IMG/VR virus record: IMGVR_UViG_3300025674_000015
DNA: 64,000 nt
Strand: one strand, 5' to 3'
Source of the DNA: a virus
This document shows, piece after piece, positions 1 through 9,669 of this stretch. Within the stretch, counting starts at the first letter, position 1; each line of letters begins with the position of its first letter. Made by a program: the position numbers and the translations under genes. The notes beneath the pieces were generated by a model that saw only the letters and a list, made by a program, of their open reading frames with translations, ran no database searches and was not told the DNA's origin.

Positions 1-2
1 AA

Positions 3-914
3 AACAACGATATAGAAAAGTTGTCAAATCAAAAAAAGAAAGGCGCTGGATATCCAAATCTAAATCAAGTTCCTTTCTCTGTTGGTGTCGGCCCTAGCAA
101 CCGATCTAGGGGAGTTCCTTATTTTTGCACACAAGGAAATCCAACTTCTTATTTTACAGAATCTAGACAAACCACAGCACCTACAAACCCAGTTGTTTAT
201 TACAACTTTGAAGGAAGTTTTGAAAATGCTGCTATCTCTAGAGGTTCTGCGACTGGATTGGCTGTCAATCAAGCTGCCTTATCTGAAGTAAAAAAAGTTC
301 GAGGAGCTTACTCACTCGTTCTTCCTGATGCTACCGATGATTATTTAAATTTGGAAAATGCCGTTAGTTCTGTTCAGAACTTGGAAAACGGCTCAATAAC
401 TTTTTGGGTTAACTTTATCTTCACCGGTCAAAGAATGTTTTTCCATGCTCAAGATCAAACTGATGGAGATGATTCTAGGTTAGAATTGTTTATTGATACA
501 AATTTAACGCCTGATACTTTGAATTATGTAGTATACGAAGGAGGAAGTGAAATCTTACAATTATCTGGAGAAATTGATCCAGCAATCTCTCAAAACACTT
601 GGTACCATGTCGCTGTTACCGCAGGTTCTGGTGGAACAAAAATTTATATTGATGGTGTGGAAATTGCTTCTTCTGAAGTTAGAGCTTTCTTTTTTGATGT
701 TAACGATGTTGATCTTATTAGGATCGGTGTTGATGGTGCTGGGAATGATGATTTTGCTGGATATTTCGACGAATTTGCTATCTGGGATGTTGAACTTAAT
801 GCTGAAATTGTAGCTTCTATTGCTTCTGCTGAACCTCCTGATCTTAACTTAGCTGCTGAATCTGTTGGTGCTGAATTTATAGACAGAAACGGACCTTACA
901 AAATATTTGATTAA
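3..914 (+). CDS. LamG/concanavalin A-like domain virion protein, 5'-truncated by the window edge
   Basis: Frame is open from position 3 (no stop before the TTG at 21). LamG-type motifs GSITFWV, WYHVAVT...KIYIDG, FAGYFDEFAIWD. Confidence 0.75.
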   Translation, partial: NNDIEKLSNQKKKGAGYPNLNQVPFSVGVGPSNRSRGVPYFCTQGNPTSYFTESRQTTAPTNPVVYYNFEGSFENAAISRGSATGLAVNQAALSEVKKVRGAYSLVLPDATDDYLNLENAVSSVQNLENGSITFWVNFIFTGQRMFFHAQDQTDGDDSRLELFIDTNLTPDTLNYVVYEGGSEILQLSGEIDPAISQNTWYHVAVTAGSGGTKIYIDGVEIASSEVRAFFFDVNDVDLIRIGVDGAGNDDFAGYFDEFAIWDVELNAEIVASIASAEPPDLNLAAESVGAEFIDRNGPYKIFD

Positions 915-939
915 AAAATTTAATAAATGAAGAAAAGTA

Positions 940-948
940 TGATATAAT
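940..948 (+). promoter_or_regulatory. Extended -10 sigma70-type promoter (TGaTATAAT)
   Basis: TG-n-TATAAT in the AT-rich intergenic gap, followed by an AGGAG RBS before the ATG at 976. Confidence 0.6.
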
Positions 949-975
949 ATTTAAAATACTTAAAAAGGAGTTAGA

Positions 976-1278
976 ATGAGTATTCAAGTAGAAGATGATT
1001 TTGATATTAAAAATGAAGACTTAAAGAAAGAAGTAGAAGTTAATAATCCTCTTAAAGAGTTTATTATTAATTATGTTGGAACTAAGTTAAGTCCTGAAGA
1101 TGAAATGGTTTCTTTGGAAATGGTAGTTCAAGTATTAGCTGATGAATTTCCAGAGTTTATGCTAGCTGTAGCTGAAGAAAACTGGATTAGAGGTTATTAT
1201 CAGGCTTTACACGATGTTGAACAAGGAGAAAAGATCTTAAAAGAAAATGAAGAAGTATCTAATGAAGAAAAAGAATAA
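976..1278 (+). CDS. Hypothetical phage protein (acidic, 100 aa)
   Basis: ORF with AGGAG RBS; no recognisable motif. Confidence 0.8.
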   Translation: MSIQVEDDFDIKNEDLKKEVEVNNPLKEFIINYVGTKLSPEDEMVSLEMVVQVLADEFPEFMLAVAEENWIRGYYQALHDVEQGEKILKENEEVSNEEKE

Positions 1279-1912
1279 GATAGAATATTATTTACATGAT
1301 AGTATTATTATATTTTTAAAAGATAATTTTAAGAATAATAATATTAATATTAATAATTTTATAGAACATATTGAAAATAAAATACCTAAGCATTTATTCA
1401 CAAATGTAGATTACATTTACATTGGTGAACATCCTGATTTCAACGAAAGAAAGATCAATGCTTTCTATAGAGACTCTGCTATTTACACCACCAATGATCA
1501 AGACAATTTAGATGATTTGACAGATGATATCGTTCATGAGCTGGCTCATTCTCTAGAAGAAGTTTATGGAAGACACATCTATGCAGATGGTGAAATAGAA
1601 AAAGAGTTTCTAAACAAAAGAGAAAAGCTTTACAAAAATGTAAAAGCTATTGATAAGTCTGCATCTATTAAATCTTTTTATCAAACTGAATACTCTTGGG
1701 AGTTTGATAAGTATTTGATGACAAAAATAGGGTATCAAAATCTATACAGATTGGCACATGACATTTTTGTTAACCCTTACGCAGCTACTTCTCTTAGAGA
1801 GTATTACGCAGTTGGATTTGAGACTTTTTATCTGGGCAATAAAAAGTACCTAAAACAAGTCAGCCCACGTCTTTATGAAAAAATATTTGAATTAAATGAA
1901 AAAAATATTTAA
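1247..1912 (+). CDS. Zincin-like metallopeptidase (HExxH)
   Basis: IVHELAHSL plus a downstream SLREYYAVGFE third-ligand motif. Confidence 0.65.
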   Translation: MKKYLMKKKNKIEYYLHDSIIIFLKDNFKNNNININNFIEHIENKIPKHLFTNVDYIYIGEHPDFNERKINAFYRDSAIYTTNDQDNLDDLTDDIVHELAHSLEEVYGRHIYADGEIEKEFLNKREKLYKNVKAIDKSASIKSFYQTEYSWEFDKYLMTKIGYQNLYRLAHDIFVNPYAATSLREYYAVGFETFYLGNKKYLKQVSPRLYEKIFELNEKNI

Positions 1913-1928
1913 TATTTTTTCAATCTTG

Positions 1929-1937
1929 TGTTATAAT
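1929..1937 (+). promoter_or_regulatory. Extended -10 sigma70-type promoter (TGtTATAAT) upstream of the glycosyltransferase cluster
   Basis: TG-n-TATAAT in the intergenic gap 1913-1954. Confidence 0.6.
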
Positions 1938-1954
1938 ATCTTTAAAAGTTTTTA

Positions 1955-3226
1955 ATGAGGTTCAAAGTGGAAGAGAAAATTAAAGTAATGGTCATTAGTG
2001 ATCATCCTTTATCTCCGTCTGGTGTCGGTATTCAAACAAAATACATGATTGAATCCATTCTAGCAACCGGTAAGTTTAAAGTTTTGTGCTTAGGAGGGGC
2101 AGTTAAGCATCAAAACTATGAGCCGATCTTGGTTGAAGGTTACGACGATGATTGGATGATTATTCCCGTTGATGGGTATGGAACCCAAGATATGGTTCGC
2201 TCAATGTTGGCAAATCATAAACCAGACATTCTTTGGTTTATGACAGATCCAAGGTTTTATGAGTGGCTTTGGGGTATGGAAAATGAAATTAGATCGAACG
2301 TTCCTATGGTTTATTATCACGTTTGGGATAACTATCCTTTACCTGATTTTAACAAAAAGTATTACGATTCAAACGATGTGATTGTTTCAATTTCAAAATT
2401 AACTGACGATGTGGTTCGAAAAGTTGCACCGGATGTTGATTGTAGATATTTGCCACATGCTGTTGATAACAAAGTATTTAAGCCTTTTTATAACCCTAAA
2501 GTAAGGGAGGTAAGAGAAAAATTAACAGATGGCAAAGAAAAGTTTGTTGTTTTTTGGAACAACAGAAATGCAAGAAGAAAACAATCCGGATCTTTGATCT
2601 TCTGGTTTAAAGATTTCTTGGATAAAGTTGGGAATGATAAAGCAACACTTGTTATGCATACAGATCCAAATGACCCAAACGGTCAAGATCTTCAAGCTAT
2701 TTTGGAAAAGTTGGGTCTTGTAAATGGTGAAGTTATTATTTCAGTCCAAAAAGTATCACCAGAAGATATGGCAATTCTTTATAACGCTTCTGATTGTGTA
2801 ATTAACATCTCAGATGCTGAAGGTTTCGGTCTTTCAACACTTGAAGCAATGAGTTGTGGCAAGCCTATTATTGTTAACAAAACTGGTGGATTATCTTCTC
2901 AGATGTCAGAAGAGTTTGAAGCAGGTTTCTTTATTGAGCCGGCCTCAAAAGCTGTCATTGGTTCGCAGAATGTCCCTTATATCTATGAAGATCGATTGGC
3001 TAGTGAAGATGTTGTTTCTGCTTTGGAGGACATGTTCACTCTTTGGACAAAAGACGAAGTTGCTTATAAAGAAATGTGTAGAGCGGCCCTTAAAAACGTT
3101 AAAAAGAACTTTAATTTTGACCATTTGAAGGAAAAATGGGCTGAAATTATGTTAGATGTTCATGAAAAGTACGGCTCTTGGGAAAACAGAAAAAACTATA
3201 AGCACTACAAACTGTATGAATTTTAA
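1955..3226 (+). CDS. Glycosyltransferase, GT-B fold (GT4-like)
   Basis: N-terminal SDHP...SG, RNARRK, EGFGLSTLEAMSCGKP (E-x7-E). The true start may be the GTG at 1967, after GAGG. Confidence 0.9.
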   Translation: MRFKVEEKIKVMVISDHPLSPSGVGIQTKYMIESILATGKFKVLCLGGAVKHQNYEPILVEGYDDDWMIIPVDGYGTQDMVRSMLANHKPDILWFMTDPRFYEWLWGMENEIRSNVPMVYYHVWDNYPLPDFNKKYYDSNDVIVSISKLTDDVVRKVAPDVDCRYLPHAVDNKVFKPFYNPKVREVREKLTDGKEKFVVFWNNRNARRKQSGSLIFWFKDFLDKVGNDKATLVMHTDPNDPNGQDLQAILEKLGLVNGEVIISVQKVSPEDMAILYNASDCVINISDAEGFGLSTLEAMSCGKPIIVNKTGGLSSQMSEEFEAGFFIEPASKAVIGSQNVPYIYEDRLASEDVVSALEDMFTLWTKDEVAYKEMCRAALKNVKKNFNFDHLKEKWAEIMLDVHEKYGSWENRKNYKHYKLYEF

Positions 3227-3236
3227 AGGTTGCTAA

Positions 3237-4508
3237 ATGAAAACTAGAATTTTATTAAGAGGTCCGGTTTTATCTTTTTCAGGGTATGGAGAACACGCTC
3301 GATTTATTCTTCGCGCCTTGCGCTCTCAAGAAGAAAAGTACGATATTCATGTTATTCCAACTGATTGGGGTAAAATGTCTTGGCTTCACAAATTTGACGA
3401 AGAAAGAGAATGGATTGATTATCTGATCAAAAAAACGATGGGTGCTATTGAAAGAAAAGAACAATTCGATCTTTCAATTCAAGTTGACGTCCCTTCTCTT
3501 TTCAAGCCAATGGCTCCTTTGAATATTGGAGTCACCGCCGGTACAGAAACTGATAAAGTTTCGCCGGAATGGATTGAAAAAGTAAACATGATGGACCAAA
3601 TCATCACAACCAGTCAGCACACTTCCGATGGTTTTCTAAAGTCGGTTTATCAAGCAATGAATCAAGCTACTGGACAAAAGATTGAAGACTTTAAATGTAA
3701 TACAAAAGTTGATCATGTTGGATATCCAGTTAAAAATATCGAAACTAAAGAAGTCGAACTAAATTTGAAAACAGACTTCAACTTTTTTGTTTGCGCCACA
3801 TGGTGTGCTAGAAAGAACATCGAAAACACTTTGAAGTGGTTTTTAGAAGAGTTTTATGACAATGAGGAAGTTGGGCTGGTTTTGAAGGTTATGTACCTTA
3901 ATGGCTCTAATTTGGACTTTGAAGTAACAAGACGAAAGATCAAAGACATTGTTTCGAAGTTTAAAGATAGGAAGTGTCACATTTATCTTCTCCATGGAGA
4001 TTTATCAGACGAGGAAATGCACTCTCTTTACAAGAGAAACGATATTAAATGCTTGATCAACTTGGCTCATGGAGAAGGTTTTGGCCTTCCAATCTTTGAA
4101 GCAGCATATTCAGGACTTCCAGTTATTGCCCCGAACTGGGGCGGCTTGAGAGACTTTATGAACATGCAAAACAAAAAGAACAAAGTTCGTCCTTATTTCA
4201 AAACAGTCGACTTTGATGTTGCAAAAATCCAACCTTATGCTGTTTGGAAAGATATCTTGATTAAAGATTCTAATTGGTGCTATCCAAAGCAAGGGTCTTA
4301 TAAAATGGCCTTAAGAGACATGTTTAAGAACTACAATATGCATCTTAATCGAGCGAGAGATTTGAGAGATCATATTTTAGAAGAGTTCAAAGAGGAAAAT
4401 CAATATTCCAAATTGAACAAAATTATTCAAGATGTTGTCGGTCCCGAAGTTTCATCAAATGATATTGATGATTATTTTAACAACTTAGTAGAGGAATTTG
4501 AAAAGTGA
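3237..4508 (+). CDS. Glycosyltransferase, GT-B fold (GT4-like)
   Basis: SGYG N-terminus, RKNI, GEGFGLPIFEAAYSGLPVIA. Confidence 0.9.
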   Translation: MKTRILLRGPVLSFSGYGEHARFILRALRSQEEKYDIHVIPTDWGKMSWLHKFDEEREWIDYLIKKTMGAIERKEQFDLSIQVDVPSLFKPMAPLNIGVTAGTETDKVSPEWIEKVNMMDQIITTSQHTSDGFLKSVYQAMNQATGQKIEDFKCNTKVDHVGYPVKNIETKEVELNLKTDFNFFVCATWCARKNIENTLKWFLEEFYDNEEVGLVLKVMYLNGSNLDFEVTRRKIKDIVSKFKDRKCHIYLLHGDLSDEEMHSLYKRNDIKCLINLAHGEGFGLPIFEAAYSGLPVIAPNWGGLRDFMNMQNKKNKVRPYFKTVDFDVAKIQPYAVWKDILIKDSNWCYPKQGSYKMALRDMFKNYNMHLNRARDLRDHILEEFKEENQYSKLNKIIQDVVGPEVSSNDIDDYFNNLVEEFEK

Positions 4509-6118
4509 TTGTTTTTTGCTCTGATCTTTTTGTGGAACATATTAATGGCGGAGCAGAACTAACTTCTGATGCAATCATCAAAAGCAGTAAGATTCCAATT
4601 GTCAGGCTTTCTACTTTAAATCTAACAATCAGAACAATTCAGCAATACAAGAATCACTTCTGGATTTTTGGAAACTACAAAGGCTTGAAAAAGAAGCTTC
4701 AGTTTCATATTGCTAAAACCGTTGATTATGCAGTTCTAGAGTATGATTATAAATATTGCAAATATCGCTCCCCCGAGTTTCATCAAGAGATTGAAAACAA
4801 AGAGTGCGATTGTGAAAAAACAGAAGATGGAAAAGTAGCTGCTATCTTTCTTCGAAAAGCTAGAGCAGCTTTTTGGATGTCAAAAGCTCAATTGGATTAT
4901 TGTGTTTCCAAGTTTCCTTTCTTGAAAGATGGCAATAATATTGTCTTGAACTCTGTTCTCTCGGAGGAAACTCTAGACAAAATTGAGGCCATGGACTGTG
5001 ACAATAAAAGCGAAACTTGGGGGATCATTGGTTCAACCTCTTGGATCAAGGGGGTGCAAGAAGCAATCGATTACGCAAAGAAAAAAGGCTTGAAATATAA
5101 AGTTCTCTCAGGGTTGACGCATGATAAATGTTTAGAAGCCATGTCAAAAATGAAAGGTCTTATTTTCAAACCTTTAGGAAAAGATACGTGCCCTAGGATT
5201 ACAATGGAAGCAAAGCTTTTGGGTTGTGACTTAGATCTTAATGAGAACGTACAACACAAAGGTGAAGAATGGTTTAAAACAAAAGAATCTTGTTTGGAGC
5301 ATTTAAGAAAAAGAACGGATGTTTTTTGGAGAGAAGTTGAAAAACATATGGATTTCTTAACTTCGTTTGAAACTAAGCAAAAAACACATTTTAAAATTAT
5401 TGTTCCTTTTTACAATGCTGGAAAATGGCTTAAAAAGTGTATTAAAACAATCAAAACTCAAAATTATTCAAATTTTGAGTGTTATTTGATTGATGATATG
5501 TCAGAAGATGAATCGGTTTCCAATCTTAAAAAAGAGATTGGAAACGACAAAAGGTTTACATTAGTACAAAATAAGACAAAAAAGTGGGCTTTGAATGGAA
5601 TTGCAGACGCGATAAAAATGTCAAAAGCAGCCAAAGAAGACGTTGTTATCTTGCTGGATGGAGACGATTGGTTTGCATCTGATTATGTCCTTTCTTATTT
5701 GGATTATATGTACGATGAAAAAGAGTATTGGACTACATATGGAAGTTATGTGATGCATCCTCACGGAATCCCCGGCCCAGAACCTTCAAAGTACCCTGAC
5801 AAGATTGTTGACAATAATGACTATAGAAAAGATGTTTGGAGAGCTTCACATCTTAGAACTTTCAAGAATCATCTATGGGAAAGAATCAAAGATGAAGATC
5901 TTCGGGATCAGGAAGGTGAATATTTTAAAATGGCATATGATCAGGCTGTGATGCTCCCGGTGTTGGAGATGGCTGGAAATAAAGCATTTTATTGTCCAAA
6001 GATCTTGCATGTTTACAATAGGCAAAACCCTTTGAACGTTGATAAGTTGAAAGCCATGGAGCAGAAAAGAACAGCAGATTTCATAAGAACAAAGGAAAAA
6101 TATGAACGTATTCTTTGA
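4505..6118 (+). CDS. Two-domain glycosyltransferase: GT-B-like N-terminus fused to a GT2 (GT-A) C-terminus
   Basis: N-half has GGAE and DTCPRITMEAK; C-half has IIVPFYNA, IDDMSED and LDGDDW. Confidence 0.85.
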   Translation: MIVFCSDLFVEHINGGAELTSDAIIKSSKIPIVRLSTLNLTIRTIQQYKNHFWIFGNYKGLKKKLQFHIAKTVDYAVLEYDYKYCKYRSPEFHQEIENKECDCEKTEDGKVAAIFLRKARAAFWMSKAQLDYCVSKFPFLKDGNNIVLNSVLSEETLDKIEAMDCDNKSETWGIIGSTSWIKGVQEAIDYAKKKGLKYKVLSGLTHDKCLEAMSKMKGLIFKPLGKDTCPRITMEAKLLGCDLDLNENVQHKGEEWFKTKESCLEHLRKRTDVFWREVEKHMDFLTSFETKQKTHFKIIVPFYNAGKWLKKCIKTIKTQNYSNFECYLIDDMSEDESVSNLKKEIGNDKRFTLVQNKTKKWALNGIADAIKMSKAAKEDVVILLDGDDWFASDYVLSYLDYMYDEKEYWTTYGSYVMHPHGIPGPEPSKYPDKIVDNNDYRKDVWRASHLRTFKNHLWERIKDEDLRDQEGEYFKMAYDQAVMLPVLEMAGNKAFYCPKILHVYNRQNPLNVDKLKAMEQKRTADFIRTKEKYERIL

Positions 6119-6998
6119 GAACGTTAATTTTAATAGCAATAGTGGCCCAAACTCTTTTGGAAGAAAACTAGCAAAGCAGTTTCAAAAAAATGGTCATAAT
6201 GTTTGTTCACATGACGAAGCTGATGTTGTTCTTTCTTTTATTCAATCTCATAGAAGACATCATAAGCCAAACATTCTCAGATTGGATGGAATATACTTCA
6301 ATCTAGCTCAGAATTGGGAAGCAATGAACAAAGAAATTCATGAGTCTTATAAGAGAGCAGATGGTATTATCATTCAGTCAGGCTTCAATAAAAAGTTAAT
6401 TGAAGCTTACTTTGGAGAACATCCAAACATTGAAGTTATCCACAACGGAGCAGAGCTAGAACTTATCAATTCTGTAAAGCCTCTGGATAATCGATTAGTC
6501 CAAAAATATGACAATATTTGGTCTTGCGCGGCAGCTTGGAGGCCGCATAAAAGACTAAATGAGAATGTTAAATATTTTCTTGAACACAGGGGGCAAAATG
6601 ATTGTTTGATTGTTGCAGGAAGCAACCATAATGTCAATATAAACCATCCAGACATATATTGCATAGGAAATGTTGATTATGAAACTTTATTGAGGATTTA
6701 TAAAACATCAAAATGTTTTTTACATTTGGCATGGTTAGACAATTGCCCAAATGTTGTTGTTGACGCAAAAGCTGCCGGCTGCAAAATTGTTTGTTCTTCG
6801 TCCGGAGGAACTCCAGAATTGGTTCGCAAAGGTGATATTATTATCCAAGAAGAAGAATGGGACTTTAAGCCTACTATGCTTTACGAGCCACCAGAGCTTG
6901 ACTTTTCTAGGAAAGTTATAAATGAAAACAACAAAGAACCCTATACAATGAAAGGTGTTTCAAAGGAATATGAATTTTTCTTATCAAAATTACTATGA
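6102..6998 (+). CDS. Glycosyltransferase, GT-B fold (GT4-like)
   Basis: SGP N-terminus, IHNG, WRPHKR, DNCPNVVVDAKAAG...GGTPE. Confidence 0.85.
   Translation: MNVFFENVNFNSNSGPNSFGRKLAKQFQKNGHNVCSHDEADVVLSFIQSHRRHHKPNILRLDGIYFNLAQNWEAMNKEIHESYKRADGIIIQSGFNKKLIEAYFGEHPNIEVIHNGAELELINSVKPLDNRLVQKYDNIWSCAAAWRPHKRLNENVKYFLEHRGQNDCLIVAGSNHNVNINHPDIYCIGNVDYETLLRIYKTSKCFLHLAWLDNCPNVVVDAKAAGCKIVCSSSGGTPELVRKGDIIIQEEEWDFKPTMLYEPPELDFSRKVINENNKEPYTMKGVSKEYEFFLSKLL
6908..6983 (+). repeat. Copy 1 of a 76-bp diverged direct repeat (3' end of GT gene 6102..6998)
   Basis: Aligns without gaps to 7667-7742 (offset 759); 59/76 identities by hand. Confidence 0.85.
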
Positions 6999-7680
6999 CC
7001 ATTGGGAATCTCAAAAGAAGCAGTCGATCTATTTAAATGAATTTGATATGTTTATCGGCAATCTAAAAGACGTAAAACCACCAGAAAAATATGTCGACAT
7101 TTGGACAGATATTAATTTACCAATACAGGAGTTAAAAGCCAATAACCATGGTATGTTAGGTAAAAGAAGGCAGAATTGCTTACAAACGCTGTCCAAGCGC
7201 GCTTATTACTTAACTAGAATGGCGGAGTTCATCGGCGCAAAAAACATAGTAGAGGTTGGCACCGCACAGGGTTGGCAATTTTATACTTTTGCTGAACACC
7301 TTAAGGGTACCGGTGGTCACGTTTGGAGTTGTGATATAAAAGACGTCAGGAATCAAAAATATATTAATAGGTATGATAATGCCACGTTTTGCTTAGGTGA
7401 TAGTTCAAAATTGAAGTTAGCATTAGGTGAGGAAAAAATTGATATGTTTTATATCGACGGCGCTCATGACAAAGGAAGTGTTTTGACAGATGTTTTGAAC
7501 CTTAGAGATAATCAATCTGAAGCCCCGATATGGGTTTTCGATGATTTTGATTTGAGATTTGGATGTTATCAAGACATTGCATATCTTTGTAGTAAAAATG
7601 CAAATCACAAAGTGTATGATATTGGGGAGGTTGCTAGCGGCAACCCATCACATCAAGTATTACTAGTAGGAAAATTATAA
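6970..7680 (+). CDS. Class I SAM-dependent methyltransferase (Methyltransf_24-like)
   Basis: IVEVGTAQG motif I, YIDGAH, VFDD. Start placed at ATG 6970 behind AAGGA (ORF track gives 6955). Confidence 0.85.
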   Translation: MNFSYQNYYDHWESQKKQSIYLNEFDMFIGNLKDVKPPEKYVDIWTDINLPIQELKANNHGMLGKRRQNCLQTLSKRAYYLTRMAEFIGAKNIVEVGTAQGWQFYTFAEHLKGTGGHVWSCDIKDVRNQKYINRYDNATFCLGDSSKLKLALGEEKIDMFYIDGAHDKGSVLTDVLNLRDNQSEAPIWVFDDFDLRFGCYQDIAYLCSKNANHKVYDIGEVASGNPSHQVLLVGKL

Positions 7681-7742
7681 ATGAAGATATCAAGGAATGC
7701 TATAGCATTCAAAATGTTGCAAATAAATATGAACTTTTCTTA
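7667..7742 (+). pseudogene. Orphan relic of a glycosyltransferase 3' end (copy 2 of the 76-bp repeat)
   Basis: Translates as RKIINEDIKECYSIQNVANKYELFL, versus RKVINENNKEPYTMKGVSKEYEFFL at the end of GT 6102..6998. Confidence 0.75.
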
Positions 7743-7755
7743 GAGGAGAACCTTA

Positions 7756-8355
7756 ATGTATGGAAGGCATGACAGCTACGAGGATTATATCAATCATCAA
7801 AAAGAAAAAACAACAGATCCAGTCAGAAGAAAGAAGTGGCTTGGTGAGGAGTGGGAACTTAAACTAAGTGGGTTCAAGCAGTTTTTCCATGGATATCTTG
7901 CTGATGATTGCTTGAATGTTGGAGCCAAAGCGCTTTGCATTGGAGCCAGAACTGGACAAGAAGTAAGGGCTTTGTTAGATATGGAGATCGAAGCAGTTGG
8001 TATCGATATTGTCCCATGTCCTCCTTTAGTGGTAGAAGGTGATATGCACAATTTGAACTTTGAAGATAATTCTTTTGACTTTGTATTTTCAAATGTTTAC
8101 GATCATTCTTTATATCCGGTCAAAAAATGTCAAGAAGTTATGAGAGTTTTGAAAAAGGGTGGGGTTGGAGTATTTCACCTACAAGTAAACGTAAATTCGG
8201 ATAAATACTCAGAAAACCACATTTATAATGTAAAATATGACGTTTTACCAAACTTGCAAAAAGCTCAAATTATTAGAGTTGAGAAGTTAAAGCCAAACTT
8301 TTCGGGCATGAATTACGAAGTGATATTTAAAAAAATAGGAGGTTTTAATGGCTAG
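7756..8355 (+). CDS. Class I SAM-dependent methyltransferase (Methyltransf_11-like)
   Basis: ALCIGARTG, GDMHNLNFEDNSFDFVF, RVLKKGG; GAGGAG RBS. Confidence 0.85.
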   Translation: MYGRHDSYEDYINHQKEKTTDPVRRKKWLGEEWELKLSGFKQFFHGYLADDCLNVGAKALCIGARTGQEVRALLDMEIEAVGIDIVPCPPLVVEGDMHNLNFEDNSFDFVFSNVYDHSLYPVKKCQEVMRVLKKGGVGVFHLQVNVNSDKYSENHIYNVKYDVLPNLQKAQIIRVEKLKPNFSGMNYEVIFKKIGGFNG

Positions 8356-9232
8356 ATGCTTAGTTACCGGTCATAAAGGTTACATTGGGAGTAAAGTTTA
8401 TAAAAAATTAGTAGAATTAGGACATGAAGTCATAGGGATTGATCTTAAAAACGGCTCAGATATTCTGAAAGATCTCAGAGAATATAGTGATAATAGTGGT
8501 AATTTTCATCCCCTTTACGCAAATTTTAAGCCGGAATATGTTTTCCATCTAGCAGCGATCCCAAGAGTGCCATACAGTGTTAAGTTTCCAGTTGAAGTAA
8601 TGGAAAACAATATCCTAACAACATCGATTGTCTTGAACTATGCTAGAAAGGTTGGCGCGAAAAGAGTCATTTATTCTAGCTCTTCTTCTGTTGTGGGAAA
8701 TGGAGAAGGCCCAGAAAGCCCTTACGCTCTTTCAAAGTTGGTGCCGGAAATGGAATGTAAAATGTATTCAAAACTTTATGGGTTGGATACGGTCTGTTTA
8801 AGGTATTTCAACGTATATTCCACAGATCAGCGCCCGGATGGAGCTTATGGCACAGCAGTTGCCTCTTTCATGTCTGCAATCGAAAAAGGACAAAGGCCGT
8901 ATATCACCGGAGACGGAGAACAAAGAAGAGATATGCTAAACGTTCATGACGCCGTTTCAGCTAATATCTTTTGTATGGAAAGAAAAGAAAACTTCAATGG
9001 ACAACATTTTGACGTTGGCACTGGGGAGAACATCTCACTTAACGAGATTAAAGAAATTGTCAAAGAGTACCATCCAAACGTGGAATTTGATTATGTCGAT
9101 CCTCGCGCTGGGGATGTTATGTACACAAAAGCAGATACTTCCGGCTTGAAAAAGCTAGGGTGGCAAGTAAAAGTCAATATTAAAGAAGGAATTAGAAAAT
9201 GCTTCAAAGGAGTCAAAAATGAAGATTTTTAA
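8348..9232 (+). CDS. NAD-dependent NDP-sugar epimerase/dehydratase (extended SDR)
   Basis: TGHKGYIG, HLAA, SSSS, YALSK (YxxxK), LRYFNVY, GDGEQRRD. Confidence 0.92.
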   Translation: MARCLVTGHKGYIGSKVYKKLVELGHEVIGIDLKNGSDILKDLREYSDNSGNFHPLYANFKPEYVFHLAAIPRVPYSVKFPVEVMENNILTTSIVLNYARKVGAKRVIYSSSSSVVGNGEGPESPYALSKLVPEMECKMYSKLYGLDTVCLRYFNVYSTDQRPDGAYGTAVASFMSAIEKGQRPYITGDGEQRRDMLNVHDAVSANIFCMERKENFNGQHFDVGTGENISLNEIKEIVKEYHPNVEFDYVDPRAGDVMYTKADTSGLKKLGWQVKVNIKEGIRKCFKGVKNEDF

Positions 9233-9425
9233 TGAAAAAGATTACTACACATTTTCCAATCAAGCAGTTGGAGCAGTCATGATGGCGCTTCAAAAGTCTT
9301 TGATGGAGCAATCAGACATTGTTCCAGTTTTGAAAGAATTTCAATTGATTTTCAACGAAGAAGGTGAGGTTATTGTCGATAATCCTCCCAACTTCAAACT
9401 TGAAGAGGGTGATGTGGATGCCTGA
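9219..9425 (+). CDS. Hypothetical protein (68 aa)
   Basis: AGGAG RBS; overlaps both neighbours. Confidence 0.75.
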   Translation: MKIFNEKDYYTFSNQAVGAVMMALQKSLMEQSDIVPVLKEFQLIFNEEGEVIVDNPPNFKLEEGDVDA

Positions 9426-9669
9426 GTACCTTTATCGTTGTCAAAAATGCAGCGAAGAGATCACAATCAGGCACTCTATTTCAGAAAAGCCCTTAAAGGC
9501 ACCAGATTGCGACAAAGATTGCAAATTGGATAAGATACCTGTATTATCCTTTAGAAAGCCAAAAACAGGCATTACAAAGGCTGGAGACCTAGTTAAAAAG
9601 CATATAGCAGAAACCCGCGAAGATATAGAGCAAGAAAGGCGGACAATGAAAAAGGAGTATGAGCCATGA
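9418..9669 (+). CDS. FmdB-like zinc-ribbon protein
   Basis: MPEYLYRCQKC...PDCDKDC matches the MP-x-Y-x-Y-x-CxxC start of this family. Start moved from 9364 to ATG 9418. Confidence 0.7.
   Translation: MPEYLYRCQKCSEEITIRHSISEKPLKAPDCDKDCKLDKIPVLSFRKPKTGITKAGDLVKKHIAETREDIEQERRTMKKEYEP

Noticed and set aside
6908-7742. The 76-bp repeat pair as a diversity-generating retroelement TR/VR
   Set aside because: Mismatches are not adenine-specific (C/T, C/G and G/T occur) and there is no reverse transcriptase in the window.
7681-7743. Mini-ORF MKISRNAIAFKMLQINMNFS
   Set aside because: Better explained as an off-frame reading of the relic GT 3' end.
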